Assembly: GCA_044222185.1 (NCBI GenBank)
Contig: JBGANV010000003.1
Location: forward strand, 160,001 to 224,000
Direction: 5' to 3'
Source of the DNA: Planctomycetota bacterium
Lineage (GTDB): Bacteria; Planctomycetota; GCA-002687715; CAIWVZ01
Length of the DNA stretch: 64,000 bases
Position numbers and translations under genes: made by a program. Shown here piece by piece: positions 37,804 to 48,175 of this stretch. The first letter of the stretch is position 1. Every line of letters begins with the position of its first letter. Under the pieces are notes generated by a model. That model saw only the letters and a list, made by a program, of their open reading frames with translations, made no database searches and was not told the origin of the DNA.

Positions 37804-39665
37804 CGCGCGGGCGTGGCTCGCCGCGTGGCCTCGCTCGCTGCGCGAAGCGCCTGCCGTAGATCCCTCTCGAGTCCGCTCGCAGCACGCCCGCGCTCGCCCT
37901 CCTGGAGGCGGTCGATCAACTCGCTGGCATGGCGGAGCGTCGAGACCGCCGAGCGTGGCGACTGCAACCGCAGCTCGTTCGACGCGGTGATTCGCAGGTA
38001 GCGCACGGCTCGCGAGAAGTCCCCGCTCTGCTCGAAGTGCACGGCGAGCTTGGCGGCGATCTCGGCGACGCGGTCACCGTAGATGGCCTCGCCCCTCGTG
38101 CCGATGACCTGATGCAGTCGGCGGCGCCGCGAGGGCGCGACCTGACGGTAGAGGGCGTTGCGATAGAGCGAGTGAATGAACTCGTACCGCGCCGAGACCG
38201 TCCCGTCGGGCCACTCCATCACGCCGATCGAGCGCAGAAACTGGCGCCGGCGCACCATGCGTTCGAGGCACTCCTCGACCGCGAGGACGTCTCCCTCGAG
38301 GCCGATCGCGACGGTGGCCGAAGAGAAGTCCATCCCCGCGACGCTGCCCACTTCCAGCGCTGCGATCTCCTGCGGCGAGAGGCGCTCGACCTGCTTCTGG
38401 ATCATCTGCTGGACACTCTCGGGAATGCCGATGACCCCCTGGTCCAAGGGCTGAGCGATGACGACCGCGTCGCGCGTCGTCGAGATCACGCCGGTCGCGA
38501 GGAGCCAGTCGATCACGTTCACCAGGAACAGCGGATGGCCGTTGGTCCATTCGTAGAGGGTCGGCGCGAACTCGGTGGGAAGGGACAGACCGCGGAACCG
38601 ATGCGCGACGACGTCACGAACACCCTCCGGAAGCAGTCCGTCGAGCGTGAACTCGCGGCAACGGCCCTGTGCCACGAGGTTGTCCCGTACCACGCGTATG
38701 GCGCCATCGGCGAGGATCGCGTCGACCGGACGGAACGTCCCGATCACGAGAAGCTGCGCGCGGTCGCGCCGCGCGGCGACGACGGAGAGGAGGTCGAGCG
38801 TCGACACGTCGGCCCAGTGCAGGTCCTCGATCACGAGAATGAGCGGTGCATCGGCCGCGAGAACGTCCAAGGCTTCGGCCATCTCGCGGAGCATCCGCTC
38901 ACGAACCGCGCCCGAGCCGGCCGCGCCGGGCAGCTCCGGTTCTGCGATCCCTCCCGACACGTGACGCAGCCAGGTCGGAGCCAGACGTCGCAGCACCGCG
39001 AGTGCGTGCGTGTCGATTCCCTGGCGAACGACCCTCGACAGGGCGTCGAGAACCGGGAGATAGGGCTCGCGAGGGCCGTGATGCTCGATGCAGTCGCCAC
39101 GGAGGACTCGGACCTCGGGCCGCCCTTCGACGGTGGAAAGGAACGCGTCCACGACCGCGGTCTTGCCGATCCCGGCAGCTCCGCTCACGAGGCACACCTG
39201 CCGCTGCCCCCGCGACGCGGCGAGGAGGTCCGCGGTCAGTCGGGCGATGGCTGACCCGCGCCCGGGGAGGTCGACGTCGGTTGGGATGGTCGAAGGTCGC
39301 GGAGCCGACTTGATGGCTGCGGGCCGCAAGTCGCCGAGCGATTCCCCGCCCCGTGCGCCGTGAATCTCGCGCACGTCACGAAGCGTCCCGACGAATCGAT
39401 ATCCACGGCGGTGCTGCGTTTCGATGAAGCGCGGCGCCTTCGCGTCGTCGCCGAGAGCCTGGCGAAGCTCCCGCACGCACACCTTCAGGACCGCGTCACC
39501 CACGATCGTGTGCGGCCACACGGCATCGAGGAGGTGCTCCTTCGTCACCAGGGTGCCCGGCGCCTTCATGAGCTCGCGGAGCAGGGAATAGGCCTTCGGC
39601 GTCAGCGCGATCCGGCGGCTGCCGTCCGTCAGACACTCGTTCTGGATGTCGATGTGAAGGTCCAT
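37773..39665 (-). CDS. Transcriptional regulator: OmpR/CadC-type winged helix plus STAND-like AAA ATPase
   Basis: LTPKAY.LL...LLDAVW...LRQALGD...IET..RRGYRF, Walker A GAAGIGKT, Walker B VIEDLHWAD, GHPLF, and only a short helical tail. Confidence 0.88.
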   Translation of the reverse strand: MDLHIDIQNECLTDGSRRIALTPKAYSLLRELMKAPGTLVTKEHLLDAVWPHTIVGDAVLKVCVRELRQALGDDAKAPRFIETQHRRGYRFVGTLRDVREIHGARGGESLGDLRPAAIKSAPRPSTIPTDVDLPGRGSAIARLTADLLAASRGQRQVCLVSGAAGIGKTAVVDAFLSTVEGRPEVRVLRGDCIEHHGPREPYLPVLDALSRVVRQGIDTHALAVLRRLAPTWLRHVSGGIAEPELPGAAGSGAVRERMLREMAEALDVLAADAPLILVIEDLHWADVSTLDLLSVVAARRDRAQLLVIGTFRPVDAILADGAIRVVRDNLVAQGRCREFTLDGLLPEGVRDVVAHRFRGLSLPTEFAPTLYEWTNGHPLFLVNVIDWLLATGVISTTRDAVVIAQPLDQGVIGIPESVQQMIQKQVERLSPQEIAALEVGSVAGMDFSSATVAIGLEGDVLAVEECLERMVRRRQFLRSIGVMEWPDGTVSARYEFIHSLYRNALYRQVAPSRRRRLHQVIGTRGEAIYGDRVAEIAAKLAVHFEQSGDFSRAVRYLRITASNELRLQSPRSAVSTLRHASELIDRLQEGERGRAASGLERDLRQALRAASEATRRATPARHLAVARPQR

Positions 39666-39814
39666 GAAAGCTGCTCGCAGCGGCCGGCACGGCTGCCGGA
39701 CGCCCCCCGCGCTCACGCGACGAAACGATGACTGAACCCTTACCGTTCGATCAGGACTCGGCCCGGTCGGCTCCCTAGAATCCGGCGCCGTGACACGACC
39801 CCAGGGAGCCTCCC

Positions 39815-40060
39815 GTGATTGAAGAAGGCAGAACTGCCGCGCACCTAACAGCCGATCGCGCATTCGTGGTCCAATTCCTGCCCCCGTCCCCAGTGCAACC
39901 GGCGGAACTCCAAGGCCGCGTGGAACATGTGGTCACGGGGCGGGCGGCGCGTTTTCAGTCGGCCCGAGAGATGGTGCGGTTCATGGCGACGGTGCTGCTG
40001 CGGGAGGACGCGTTCCCCGGCCAGTCCATCGCGCCGGGGGACGGGCCTCTTACCGGATGA
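39815..40060 (+). CDS. Small hypothetical protein (RAFVVQF...GRVEHV.TG...F.S)
   Basis: GGAG RBS, compact beta/alpha pattern, divergent from the STAND regulator. Confidence 0.65.
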   Translation: MIEEGRTAAHLTADRAFVVQFLPPSPVQPAELQGRVEHVVTGRAARFQSAREMVRFMATVLLREDAFPGQSIAPGDGPLTG

Positions 40061-40199
40061 TGACTCCGATCTGACACGTCGATGACCTGGAGTTCATGAC
40101 TCCTTGGGCGCCGACGCGAGCATGGGCCCGCAAGTCGAACCGAGCCGCTCGAGCCGCGCATGTGCGCGCGCCGCGCTGGCTCGAACCGAGGTGAATCCC

Positions 40200-41663
40200 A
40201 TGAACATGCAGATCCGAATCGTCACCGCCACCCTCGCCCTCTTCGTCGCGACGACGGCCGCCGCGCAAACTCCCCCGGACGCCTATCACATCGCCTTCTC
40301 CGTCAGCGGTGGAGCCGTCGCGAACTACCCGACGCCGTTGACGAACCCCGTGAACCCGGCGATCGCGTTCACGAACCAGACGATCGCGCTGGTCGATCCA
40401 AGCAGCACGGCGACGAACACGGCCTACGCCATCTCGGACACGGCGACATGGGCGGCCTGGCTCGGTGACTCGGACGGCGACGGCAACTACGCCGAATCGA
40501 TCATCCTGTCCGTGGACGCGATCGATCTCCCCGCGGGATCGCGGAACCCGCCGACGATCTTCGATTTCCTCGTCTCGTTCCAGAACGACATCGGATCGAC
40601 GGGAGCGCTCAACGGCGTTCTCGTCCGTGACGGCGACGTCGTCCGCCTGCGACCGGGTGGCGGAGTCACGCCATTCATGACGGAGACCCAGTTCATCTCG
40701 GCCATCGGAAACCTGGCACCGACGACCTTCGACATCGACGCATTCGCGATCGACCCCGCGACTGACGACATCTACTTCAGCGTCGATGCGGACACGCTGG
40801 TGGCGGGGTTCACGCTCCGCCGGGACGGTGACCTGTACGTCATCCGGAGCTCGAACTACACGCTGGGCGCGAACGGCTCCGTGACCTCGGTCGTTCCGGG
40901 TTCGGCCCAAGTTGCCCTGGCGGAATCGGCCGTGAACGCCCGGTTCACGGCTGCGGGTCTCACCGGTGGACTCCTGGACCTGAAGGCCATCGAGATCGAT
41001 CCCCGCGGCGGCACGTTCACGAGCTCCGCCGGCGTGTGCCCGAACCTCCTGTTCTGCGGTGACAACACGGCGCACGGCGCGACGATCGTGTCGACGGTCG
41101 GCGGCGGCACGGTGTTCAGCCTGCAGGGCGACAACAACCAGCAGATCGTCTTCAACAACCCGCTGCGGCTCGGGATCCTGAACAACCCGGGGTCGTTCCA
41201 GTTCAACACGATCGCGAACCTCGCGATCGGCGTCGGGTTCCTGGAGACGACGCCGCGGTTCCTGGACACGGACTCCGTCGGCTATCAGACGCCGGGCGTG
41301 CTCCGTCTGGACATGACCGGGCTCGCGCCGAATGCACCGGTGCTGCTGCTTGCCCGCCATGGAACGACGTCGCCGTCCGGGACGATCACCAGCCGCCTCG
41401 ACATCGACACGGTCTCTTTCCCGGGGATCAACCTGGACCGCGCGGGCGGATTCCGCGAGCTCTACCTGATCGACCCCGCGGACTCGATCTTCAATCTCTC
41501 ACTCAGCCTGCCCGCGCTGATCGCCGACGCCAACGGCCGCGCGACGCGCACGTTCAACGTGCCGTTCCTGAACCCGGGGATCGGGTTCTGCTTCCAGGCC
41601 TTCGACACCTCGAACACCACGCTGACGACGCCGGTGATCCCCGTCACGATCTTCATTCCGTGA
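40200..41663 (+). CDS. Secreted protein with D(I/V)DA-type repeats plus recurrent C-terminal domain
   Basis: GAGG RBS, signal peptide, and repeats VDAIDL..VSF..RDGDVV / IDAFAID..YFS..RDGDL. Tail is ADANGRA...VP...CFQAFD. Confidence 0.8.
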   Translation: MNMQIRIVTATLALFVATTAAAQTPPDAYHIAFSVSGGAVANYPTPLTNPVNPAIAFTNQTIALVDPSSTATNTAYAISDTATWAAWLGDSDGDGNYAESIILSVDAIDLPAGSRNPPTIFDFLVSFQNDIGSTGALNGVLVRDGDVVRLRPGGGVTPFMTETQFISAIGNLAPTTFDIDAFAIDPATDDIYFSVDADTLVAGFTLRRDGDLYVIRSSNYTLGANGSVTSVVPGSAQVALAESAVNARFTAAGLTGGLLDLKAIEIDPRGGTFTSSAGVCPNLLFCGDNTAHGATIVSTVGGGTVFSLQGDNNQQIVFNNPLRLGILNNPGSFQFNTIANLAIGVGFLETTPRFLDTDSVGYQTPGVLRLDMTGLAPNAPVLLLARHGTTSPSGTITSRLDIDTVSFPGINLDRAGGFRELYLIDPADSIFNLSLSLPALIADANGRATRTFNVPFLNPGIGFCFQAFDTSNTTLTTPVIPVTIFIP

Positions 41664-41671
41664 GGGTCCCC

Positions 41672-41696
41672 GGCCCGGCGCGATCTGCGCCGGGCC
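41672..41696. terminator. Hairpin between convergent genes
   Basis: GGCCCGGCGC-gatct-GCGCCGGGCC, a perfect 10-bp stem. Confidence 0.6.
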
Positions 41697-41704
41697 TTCG
41701 CTCG

Positions 41705-43156
41705 TCAGCGCCAGGCGAACACGAGACCGGATTGCGTCCGACTCCACCCGGCGGCGAAAGTTGCGAATGCGATCTGGCTTCCGGTAGCGACGTCCACGAG
41801 CCCGATGTCGTTCGGCCCGTTGCCGATGAACGCGTAGAGCGTCGCCGTCAGCAGGTACTTCCCGCTGGGTGAGACCCCGAGCACCCACCGTCCGTCCTGC
41901 GATGGCTGGGAGTACGGAACCGCCGTCGTGGTGACGCTCGACGGGTCCGCCAGATCGAGATGCACCGCTCGAATCGAGTCCGTCGACACCGCATAGGCGT
42001 CCACCCCATTGCGAGCCGAGACGTAGGTGAACGCAGGCGTTGCGGTCGAAAGCTGGGCGCTCGTGAGCGCCCCGATCCAGCTTCCACTCGCCTGGTCATG
42101 GCGGTGGATCGTTGTCGCCCCGCCGGCGGTGACCTGGGTCACCGCGACCGAGATCAGGCGTCCGGTTCCCGTCATCGTCGGGCGGCCGATCAGGATCCCG
42201 AACCCGATCGCGAACGGCGACGGCGCCACGCTCATCGGTTGCAGGTATGACGCGCTCGTCGGATCGGTTTGAAGGATCGCGAGGCCACCGATGGAGCGGA
42301 TCACGGCGAGCCGCAGGCCGTCGTTCGAAAGTTCCATCTGGTATCCCGGCTCCGTCGTCTGCGCGAGGAGCGAGCCGAACCCGGCCGACTGGGGCGAAGC
42401 CTCGAACACGCGGAGGCCCGCCCCCCCACCGATCGCGTAGAGCCGGTCGTGAACGCGATCGAAACACAGGTTCTGGCATCCGCCGGGTGCGATCAGGGAG
42501 ACGACTGGCGCGGGCGACGTCGTATCCACGACCCAGACGCCATCCGTCGCGGCGATGAAGAGGTCCCGCCCGCCGCTCCCGAAGACGAGATCGTTGACCC
42601 AGAACCCGGGCGACGGGGGCGGAATCGTCGTCACGGCGCCGAGGATCGGGTCCAGGAGCGCGATGACGCCGTTCGGCTGAGTCATCGCCAGCATGGAGTG
42701 GCGAGAGACGTCGAGGAAGAGCGGCTGAGTGGCGCCGATGCCCCCGGCCGACGATGGAGAGACGACGGCGGCCTGCGCGTAGGCATTCAGGCCCATGAGC
42801 TCCGGGACCTCCGGTCCAGCGAGCGGTCGCGCCAGGGTGCCACGTCCTGCGGCGTCGAGCGTTCCGAGGCCGACGTCGATGACGTCCTCGCCGGCCAGGC
42901 TCGGGTACAGCGCGAGCCCGAGGAAGGACTGGTCGGCGCGGCGGACCGAGGCCACGAGGAAGAACGTGCCGTTGGCCGGGCCGCCGACGATCTCGTAGCC
43001 GAACTGCATGTTCCCGAGCCACGGCGGCTGACCGACGAGCGCAGGCGTCCTGCCATCGACGGGAGTCCCCTGCCCGAATGGGAACTGACCGGAGGCCGAT
43101 GTCGACAGGAACGACGACAAGGACACGGCGAACAGCACCGCTACGGTTCGAATCAT
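41705..43156 (-). CDS. Secreted beta-propeller (YncE-like) protein carrying the recurrent domain at its N-terminus
   Basis: Signal peptide, then FGQG...PWLGN...LDAAGRG...PELMG..AYAQAAV, then propeller blades (GSGGRDLF, SNDGLRL, SPSGKYL). Confidence 0.75.
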   Translation of the reverse strand: MIRTVAVLFAVSLSSFLSTSASGQFPFGQGTPVDGRTPALVGQPPWLGNMQFGYEIVGGPANGTFFLVASVRRADQSFLGLALYPSLAGEDVIDVGLGTLDAAGRGTLARPLAGPEVPELMGLNAYAQAAVVSPSSAGGIGATQPLFLDVSRHSMLAMTQPNGVIALLDPILGAVTTIPPPSPGFWVNDLVFGSGGRDLFIAATDGVWVVDTTSPAPVVSLIAPGGCQNLCFDRVHDRLYAIGGGAGLRVFEASPQSAGFGSLLAQTTEPGYQMELSNDGLRLAVIRSIGGLAILQTDPTSASYLQPMSVAPSPFAIGFGILIGRPTMTGTGRLISVAVTQVTAGGATTIHRHDQASGSWIGALTSAQLSTATPAFTYVSARNGVDAYAVSTDSIRAVHLDLADPSSVTTTAVPYSQPSQDGRWVLGVSPSGKYLLTATLYAFIGNGPNDIGLVDVATGSQIAFATFAAGWSRTQSGLVFAWR

Positions 43157-43393
43157 CGCGAACCTCGCTCGGTGAGCCTTGGGGGTCAGCGGGGCGCCAC
43201 TCGTGCCCCGGCTTGCACAGCGGTGGGGTCGTCGGCCGCTGGTGCGGAGAAACAAAGAGTGAAGTGCCGGCGACCCGGGTGGCGTTGCGGGCGGACGCAG
43301 CCAACCGGTGCGAGCGGGGTGCAACCCGGCGTACCCCCGGGAGACGGTCGCCGGACTGGACTTCGATCCACGGCCGGCCCACAATCCCAGACC

Positions 43394-45007
43394 ATGCGCC
43401 CGCAGGCCCACCGTGCACTCGCCTTGTTCTTGCTCAGCGTCGGGCTCGCCGGGGCGCAGGCGCCCGCCGGGTTCCGCACGTTCGTTGCCGAAGGTACGGG
43501 GCTCGAGTTCTTCGCTCCCACGGAGTACTCGCAGATCCCGCTTCCTCCCACCGAGTCGACCCTCGCCGCACGGTTTCAGCGCAAGTCGGTCCCCGACGAA
43601 CTCGAGAGCGCCAAGATCAAGATGAAGCCGGAGCTCGTCGTCTACTGCTTCCCGATCCGGGCCCGCAACGTCACGGGGAAACCAAGCTCCGAGTCCGCGC
43701 CGGCCGACGAAGGCCCGAAGACGCTTCGCGAAGCCATGGAGAAGCGTTCCGAAGTCGTGGACTTCGAGGACTTCAAGGCGAAGCGCCTGGGCGGATGGTC
43801 CACGACGGATGTGCCGGGGAAACCCGGGCACTTCATCCTCCAGTCCGCCGCGCAGAAGACCGCCGAGGGTTACCTCGTGCACCGTGAGGAGCATGGCCAG
43901 GCGTGTGGGATCTACGGCGTCGTGCCCAAGGTCTATTCGACGCAGCTTCGGGCCACGATCACGGGCATGGCGCGCGGGCTCAAGCTTCCCGACCGCGCGG
44001 CCAAGGACACGGATGCGAGCGCCGATTCCACACTCGACCGGCTCTACAAGGACTCGAAGCTCACGGCGATCGCTCACCGAAAGACGGTTCGCAAGGGCCT
44101 CGCTACGGGATGGAAGGCACTGGACACGCCGCACTACATCATCGTCCAGCACTCACCCGACGAGAAACTCGTCAACAAGATTGCTCGCGACATCGAAGCC
44201 ATGCAGGGCTTCTACTCGCAGCTCTTCCCGCCCGTGAAGCCCGTGGAGGCCGTCAGCGTCGTGCGCGTTTGCAGGAACCGCACCGAGTTCCTGGCCTACG
44301 GTGGGCCGCCCATGTCGGGTGGCTTCTGGCACGCCGGCAACGAGGAGCTCGTCTTCTACGACTTCGAGCAGACCACTCTCGACAACGAAGCGGCCGGCGT
44401 GACGGCCGGCAAGACCACCGACAAGGACTCACTCCTCGTCCTCTATCACGAGGCGTTCCACCAGTACATCTATTACGCCGTCGGTGAGGTCGCGCCGCAC
44501 GATTGGTTCAACGAGGGGCACGGCGACTACTTCAGCGGCGCCGTGATCCCGCAGTACGGGACGAAGGTCGACCACATCGGGCCGTCGCCGTGGCGCATCC
44601 ACCGAGCCAAGGACCAATGCGAGTTCGGCAAGGGGTGGGTGCCGCTGAAAGCCCTCGTCCACGCGGAACGGGCCGAGTACTACAACCCGGCGCGACAAGC
44701 CGATTACTACGCTGCCGGCTGGTCCTTCGTCTACTTCCTCCGCGAAGCCGAGGTCGTGAAGAAGCACCCGCGGTGGTCGAAGGTCCTGACCGACTACTTC
44801 GATGCACTGAAGCGCGGCTACCTGGACGCCATCGAGCCGATCCCCAAGCCGACGCTCGCGGACAAGCAGGCGGCCCAAGCGAAGGCCAAGGAGGCCGCGC
44901 TGGCGGCGTTCCTGAAAGACGTGGACCTGGACGCCCTCGAGTCGCAGTGGAAGAGCTTCATCGTCAAGATGAAGGACCCCTGGCCGGAGCGGCGGAAGAA
45001 GCCGTGA
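43394..45007 (+). CDS. Secreted gluzincin-like metallopeptidase (DUF1570/peptidase MA-like)
   Basis: Signal peptide plus HEAFHQY, WFNEG.GDYF and YAAGWSFVYFL motifs. Confidence 0.8.
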   Translation: MRPQAHRALALFLLSVGLAGAQAPAGFRTFVAEGTGLEFFAPTEYSQIPLPPTESTLAARFQRKSVPDELESAKIKMKPELVVYCFPIRARNVTGKPSSESAPADEGPKTLREAMEKRSEVVDFEDFKAKRLGGWSTTDVPGKPGHFILQSAAQKTAEGYLVHREEHGQACGIYGVVPKVYSTQLRATITGMARGLKLPDRAAKDTDASADSTLDRLYKDSKLTAIAHRKTVRKGLATGWKALDTPHYIIVQHSPDEKLVNKIARDIEAMQGFYSQLFPPVKPVEAVSVVRVCRNRTEFLAYGGPPMSGGFWHAGNEELVFYDFEQTTLDNEAAGVTAGKTTDKDSLLVLYHEAFHQYIYYAVGEVAPHDWFNEGHGDYFSGAVIPQYGTKVDHIGPSPWRIHRAKDQCEFGKGWVPLKALVHAERAEYYNPARQADYYAAGWSFVYFLREAEVVKKHPRWSKVLTDYFDALKRGYLDAIEPIPKPTLADKQAAQAKAKEAALAAFLKDVDLDALESQWKSFIVKMKDPWPERRKKP

Positions 45008-45060
45008 GGCGTGACGGAGCCTGCACCGTCCATCGGCGCAGGACCGTTCGTCGACACGCA

Positions 45061-46559
45061 TCACGGGATCGTGAACGTCCCCGTCCCGCCGATGTCGCGG
45101 ATCACGAACCCATTCGCCGTGACGTCGAACGTCACGGCGGCGGTGAACAGCCGCGGCCCGCAGAGCGCCGGCTCCGCAGGCAGCGCGAGGACCGATGTCG
45201 CGGCCCCGGCACCATCGAGCGCTCCGGTGAACCCCTGGAACACGCTGGGGCGGCCGGGGATCGGGTCGAGGATGATCGACGGTCGAGCCCGATTCGGCAG
45301 CCGTCGCCCGTAGCGAGGCCGGTGCGTGCGTGCGCCGACATCCCGAGGAGGCAACCGGCGCCGTGCGAAGCGGCCGCTCCCACGGCGAAGGTCGTCGACG
45401 CACCAGGTCCACCGATGGAGCCGATCGTGTGCACGATCGCAGCAGGCCATCCCTCGATGCGCAGATCGTCGATGGCGCATTCCGTGCCCGAGTCGCCCGG
45501 GACATCCGCAACGCGAAAGCGACCGCGCGTCGCGCTCGCAGGAACGATGAACGCGTCCAACGTGACGCGATGCTCGGTCCAACTGTTCCGCCGACCGCGG
45601 ACCTCATCGACCCTCACCCAGGATCCACCACCATCGTTCGAGACGTCGATCACAACCGCGTCATCGTGATCGTCGTTCGCGAGCGTGGTCGTCCTCGGGC
45701 TGCCACGGGAACCACCCGCCCGGCGAGACGATCAGGCCCGCCTGGACGGGATCCACGCGCGTCCACGCGCCGTCACCGAAGTCGAGGGCCAAGCCCACGG
45801 TCCACCCCGACGGATTCTCTCGGTCATCGCTCGCGATCCTCGCCCCAACGCCGGCGAACAGCGGGACGGTCACCGTGCGCGTGATCCCGTCCAACACGAG
45901 CGTGGCCGACGATCCAACGGCTGCGCCCGTCGGAACCGCAGCTGCAAGGGTGATCCGGAACGTGGCGGTTGCGTTCGAGCGCGACGCCGCAGCGCCTGGC
46001 GTCGTGGCGGAATTCGTCACGAGCCGGACATGCGGTGAGAGCGCCGTCACAGACGCGGCGACCTGACCGCTCGTCCCCCGCCGACCCACGTTGCGAAGCG
46101 TCGAGACGACGTCGAGCGCCTCGCCGGCCTCCAGCCATGTGTCGCCATCGCCGCTCACTCGAACGGCCTGCGTCCCGGCAAGCGCATCGAACGCAGCCAC
46201 CCTCTCCGCGAACGTGCCCCCCCCATGCGTCCCGAGCCCACATCCGGAAACGAGTCGAGCGGCGACGCCAGGCCTTCCTGGACGTGGGCGATCCGGTCTT
46301 CGTGCACCATGACCGAGGAAAGCCCCGCCTGGTCCAACATCGCCAACGCTGCCGGAGAGTTGATGAGGACCGGGACCCAGCCGGGATCGACGTGGTTTGG
46401 GATCACATCCAGGTCGAGCCCGCCCAACGATGGAACGCGGCTGCCGTCGGAACGTGGGCCTTCGCCTCGGAGGAACGCTCGGGCGTCGGCGCGTCGGCGA
46501 CTCCGGCAAGCGCGAACGCCGAGAGCGCCACGGCGAGGACGAAGGCGATGAGCGCCATG
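45061..46559 (-). pseudogene. Degraded secreted protein, probably an M14 carboxypeptidase-T-like relic with frameshifts and internal deletions
   Basis: Protein-like pieces run in successive frames: signal peptide MALIAFVLAV; prodomain ...GSGRMGG; TFAERVAAFDAL; GDGD..LEAGE..LRNVG; VSNDGGGSW...IDDLRIEG; tail ALDGAGAA...LPAEPALCG. Confidence 0.6.
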
Positions 46560-46715
46560 GGGTTCTCCAGTGCCGGCGCCGCGTACGGCGCCCTCGCAGC
46601 CGCGCAGCCCGATCGTAGTCGCATACCCACGACAGGAGGTACCTCTATCCCACGCTCGGCGATTCAACCGGGATGACGGCCTCCAAGCAGCGACACGCTC
46701 GCGAGTCCTGCCTGG

Positions 46716-47771
46716 TCAGAACCCGAGCGTGAGATCGATGGCATTCGAAAGCGCGAACGACGGGTTGCCACCGAACTGGATCGCCTGGGTCGCGACGAAG
46801 ATTCCCGCCAGTGCAGGGTCCGGCGGGAGTGGAATCGAGAAGCTCGCCTGTGGCCCGGCGATCGGCGGAGTGAGCTCGAAGACCGGGAAGTCGATGAGCA
46901 GCACCTGCCCGCTGGCGAGCGCGAGCTGTGTCGCGGCAGCCGACAAGAAGATCTGCGCGGCGGCGTGGTTCGTCGGGGCGAGGTCGACGTTCCCGCTCCA
47001 CGACTGGCCAAGGCGCGGGAGCGACGACGTGTAGGACTGTGGGTTGGGAGGGACGTTGCGCGACGTTGCCAGAGCCGGGCCCTGAAGCGCGAGCGTCACC
47101 GACACCTGGTATCCGCCCGTGAACGGGAAGGAGTTGAAGATGCTCTCGGCGCGATTCTGAACGCTCAACGAGTACTGCCCCGGCCCGAGCGTCCCGCGCG
47201 TCACGAGCGTGAACGTCCCAGGAGGCCCGAGCCCGGTCGAATACGGCGGCGGCGTCACCCCCGGGTCGGGCGTGATGCTCGATCCGCTGAAGCTGTACGC
47301 AGCACTCGAGACGAGCGTCTCGTTGCTCGTCGCGCTGAGGGCGACGTTCAGGGTGAAGTGAACGGGTGCGGGCACCGTGAACGTCCATTGGTCGCGTGCA
47401 TCCGCAACGGCGCTCGAGCCTGCGGGCCCGACCGGTCCGCGCATGGCGTTGCCGATGGCTGAGATCGAGAGGCTCGTCGGAGTGGGAATCACCGTGAGCT
47501 GCGAACCGGCGGAACTCGGGAGCCACGTCGGACCGCCCGGGTCGCTCACGGCGATCGTGTCGGCCGTCGGAGTCGTCGTCGTGAACGTGTGAGATCCCGA
47601 GGGACCCCCGAACTGCCCGCAGTACGCGAGGTTCGTCCCGAAACGGCTGACGTACGTCATCGTCACCTGCGACTGACCGAAGCCACGTGACGCCGCACAA
47701 GCGACGACGATTCCGAGCACGAGGCCTCGAGCCCCGAGACGAGCGAACCAATCATTCGACGAGCCGTGCAT
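46716..47771 (-). CDS. Secreted beta-sandwich protein plus recurrent C-terminal domain
   Basis: Signal peptide and Ser/Thr/Gly-rich domain. Tail is PRLGQSW...IPLPPDPALAGIFVATQA...LSNAIDLTLGF. Confidence 0.8.
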   Translation of the reverse strand: MHGSSNDWFARLGARGLVLGIVVACAASRGFGQSQVTMTYVSRFGTNLAYCGQFGGPSGSHTFTTTTPTADTIAVSDPGGPTWLPSSAGSQLTVIPTPTSLSISAIGNAMRGPVGPAGSSAVADARDQWTFTVPAPVHFTLNVALSATSNETLVSSAAYSFSGSSITPDPGVTPPPYSTGLGPPGTFTLVTRGTLGPGQYSLSVQNRAESIFNSFPFTGGYQVSVTLALQGPALATSRNVPPNPQSYTSSLPRLGQSWSGNVDLAPTNHAAAQIFLSAAATQLALASGQVLLIDFPVFELTPPIAGPQASFSIPLPPDPALAGIFVATQAIQFGGNPSFALSNAIDLTLGF

Positions 47772-48175
47772 CTTGGACTCCCCTGGTCGACCTCGTGTGC
47801 CTGACGACGACGGAGGGTCCCGTCGTCATCCGCTGGTGATTCGACATATACAGGATCCGCCGGAACGAGCAACGCCGACGCCGTGATCCTGGAAATTCGG
47901 CGAGGCGGCGTCATCCCGGCGGACGCGCGCGTTGGACCGGTGCCGCGACGGATCAGGCGCATCGAGCCGAAACATGCGCCGAAACGTCGTAAGTCCCTCG
48001 CCAGGGCGCTCGTCGCGCGACGACTCACCTCCGATGCAGCAGGAGTTCCATGAGCCGCGGAAACACGGTGGGGTCGCCGCGGAGCTCGCCCTGACGGCAC
48101 TCGCCCCGAGCGATGAGCGCCAGCGCGAGGTCCCGCCGCACGGAAGCGGCCGTCCATGCCGTGGTCGCGCCTCCA

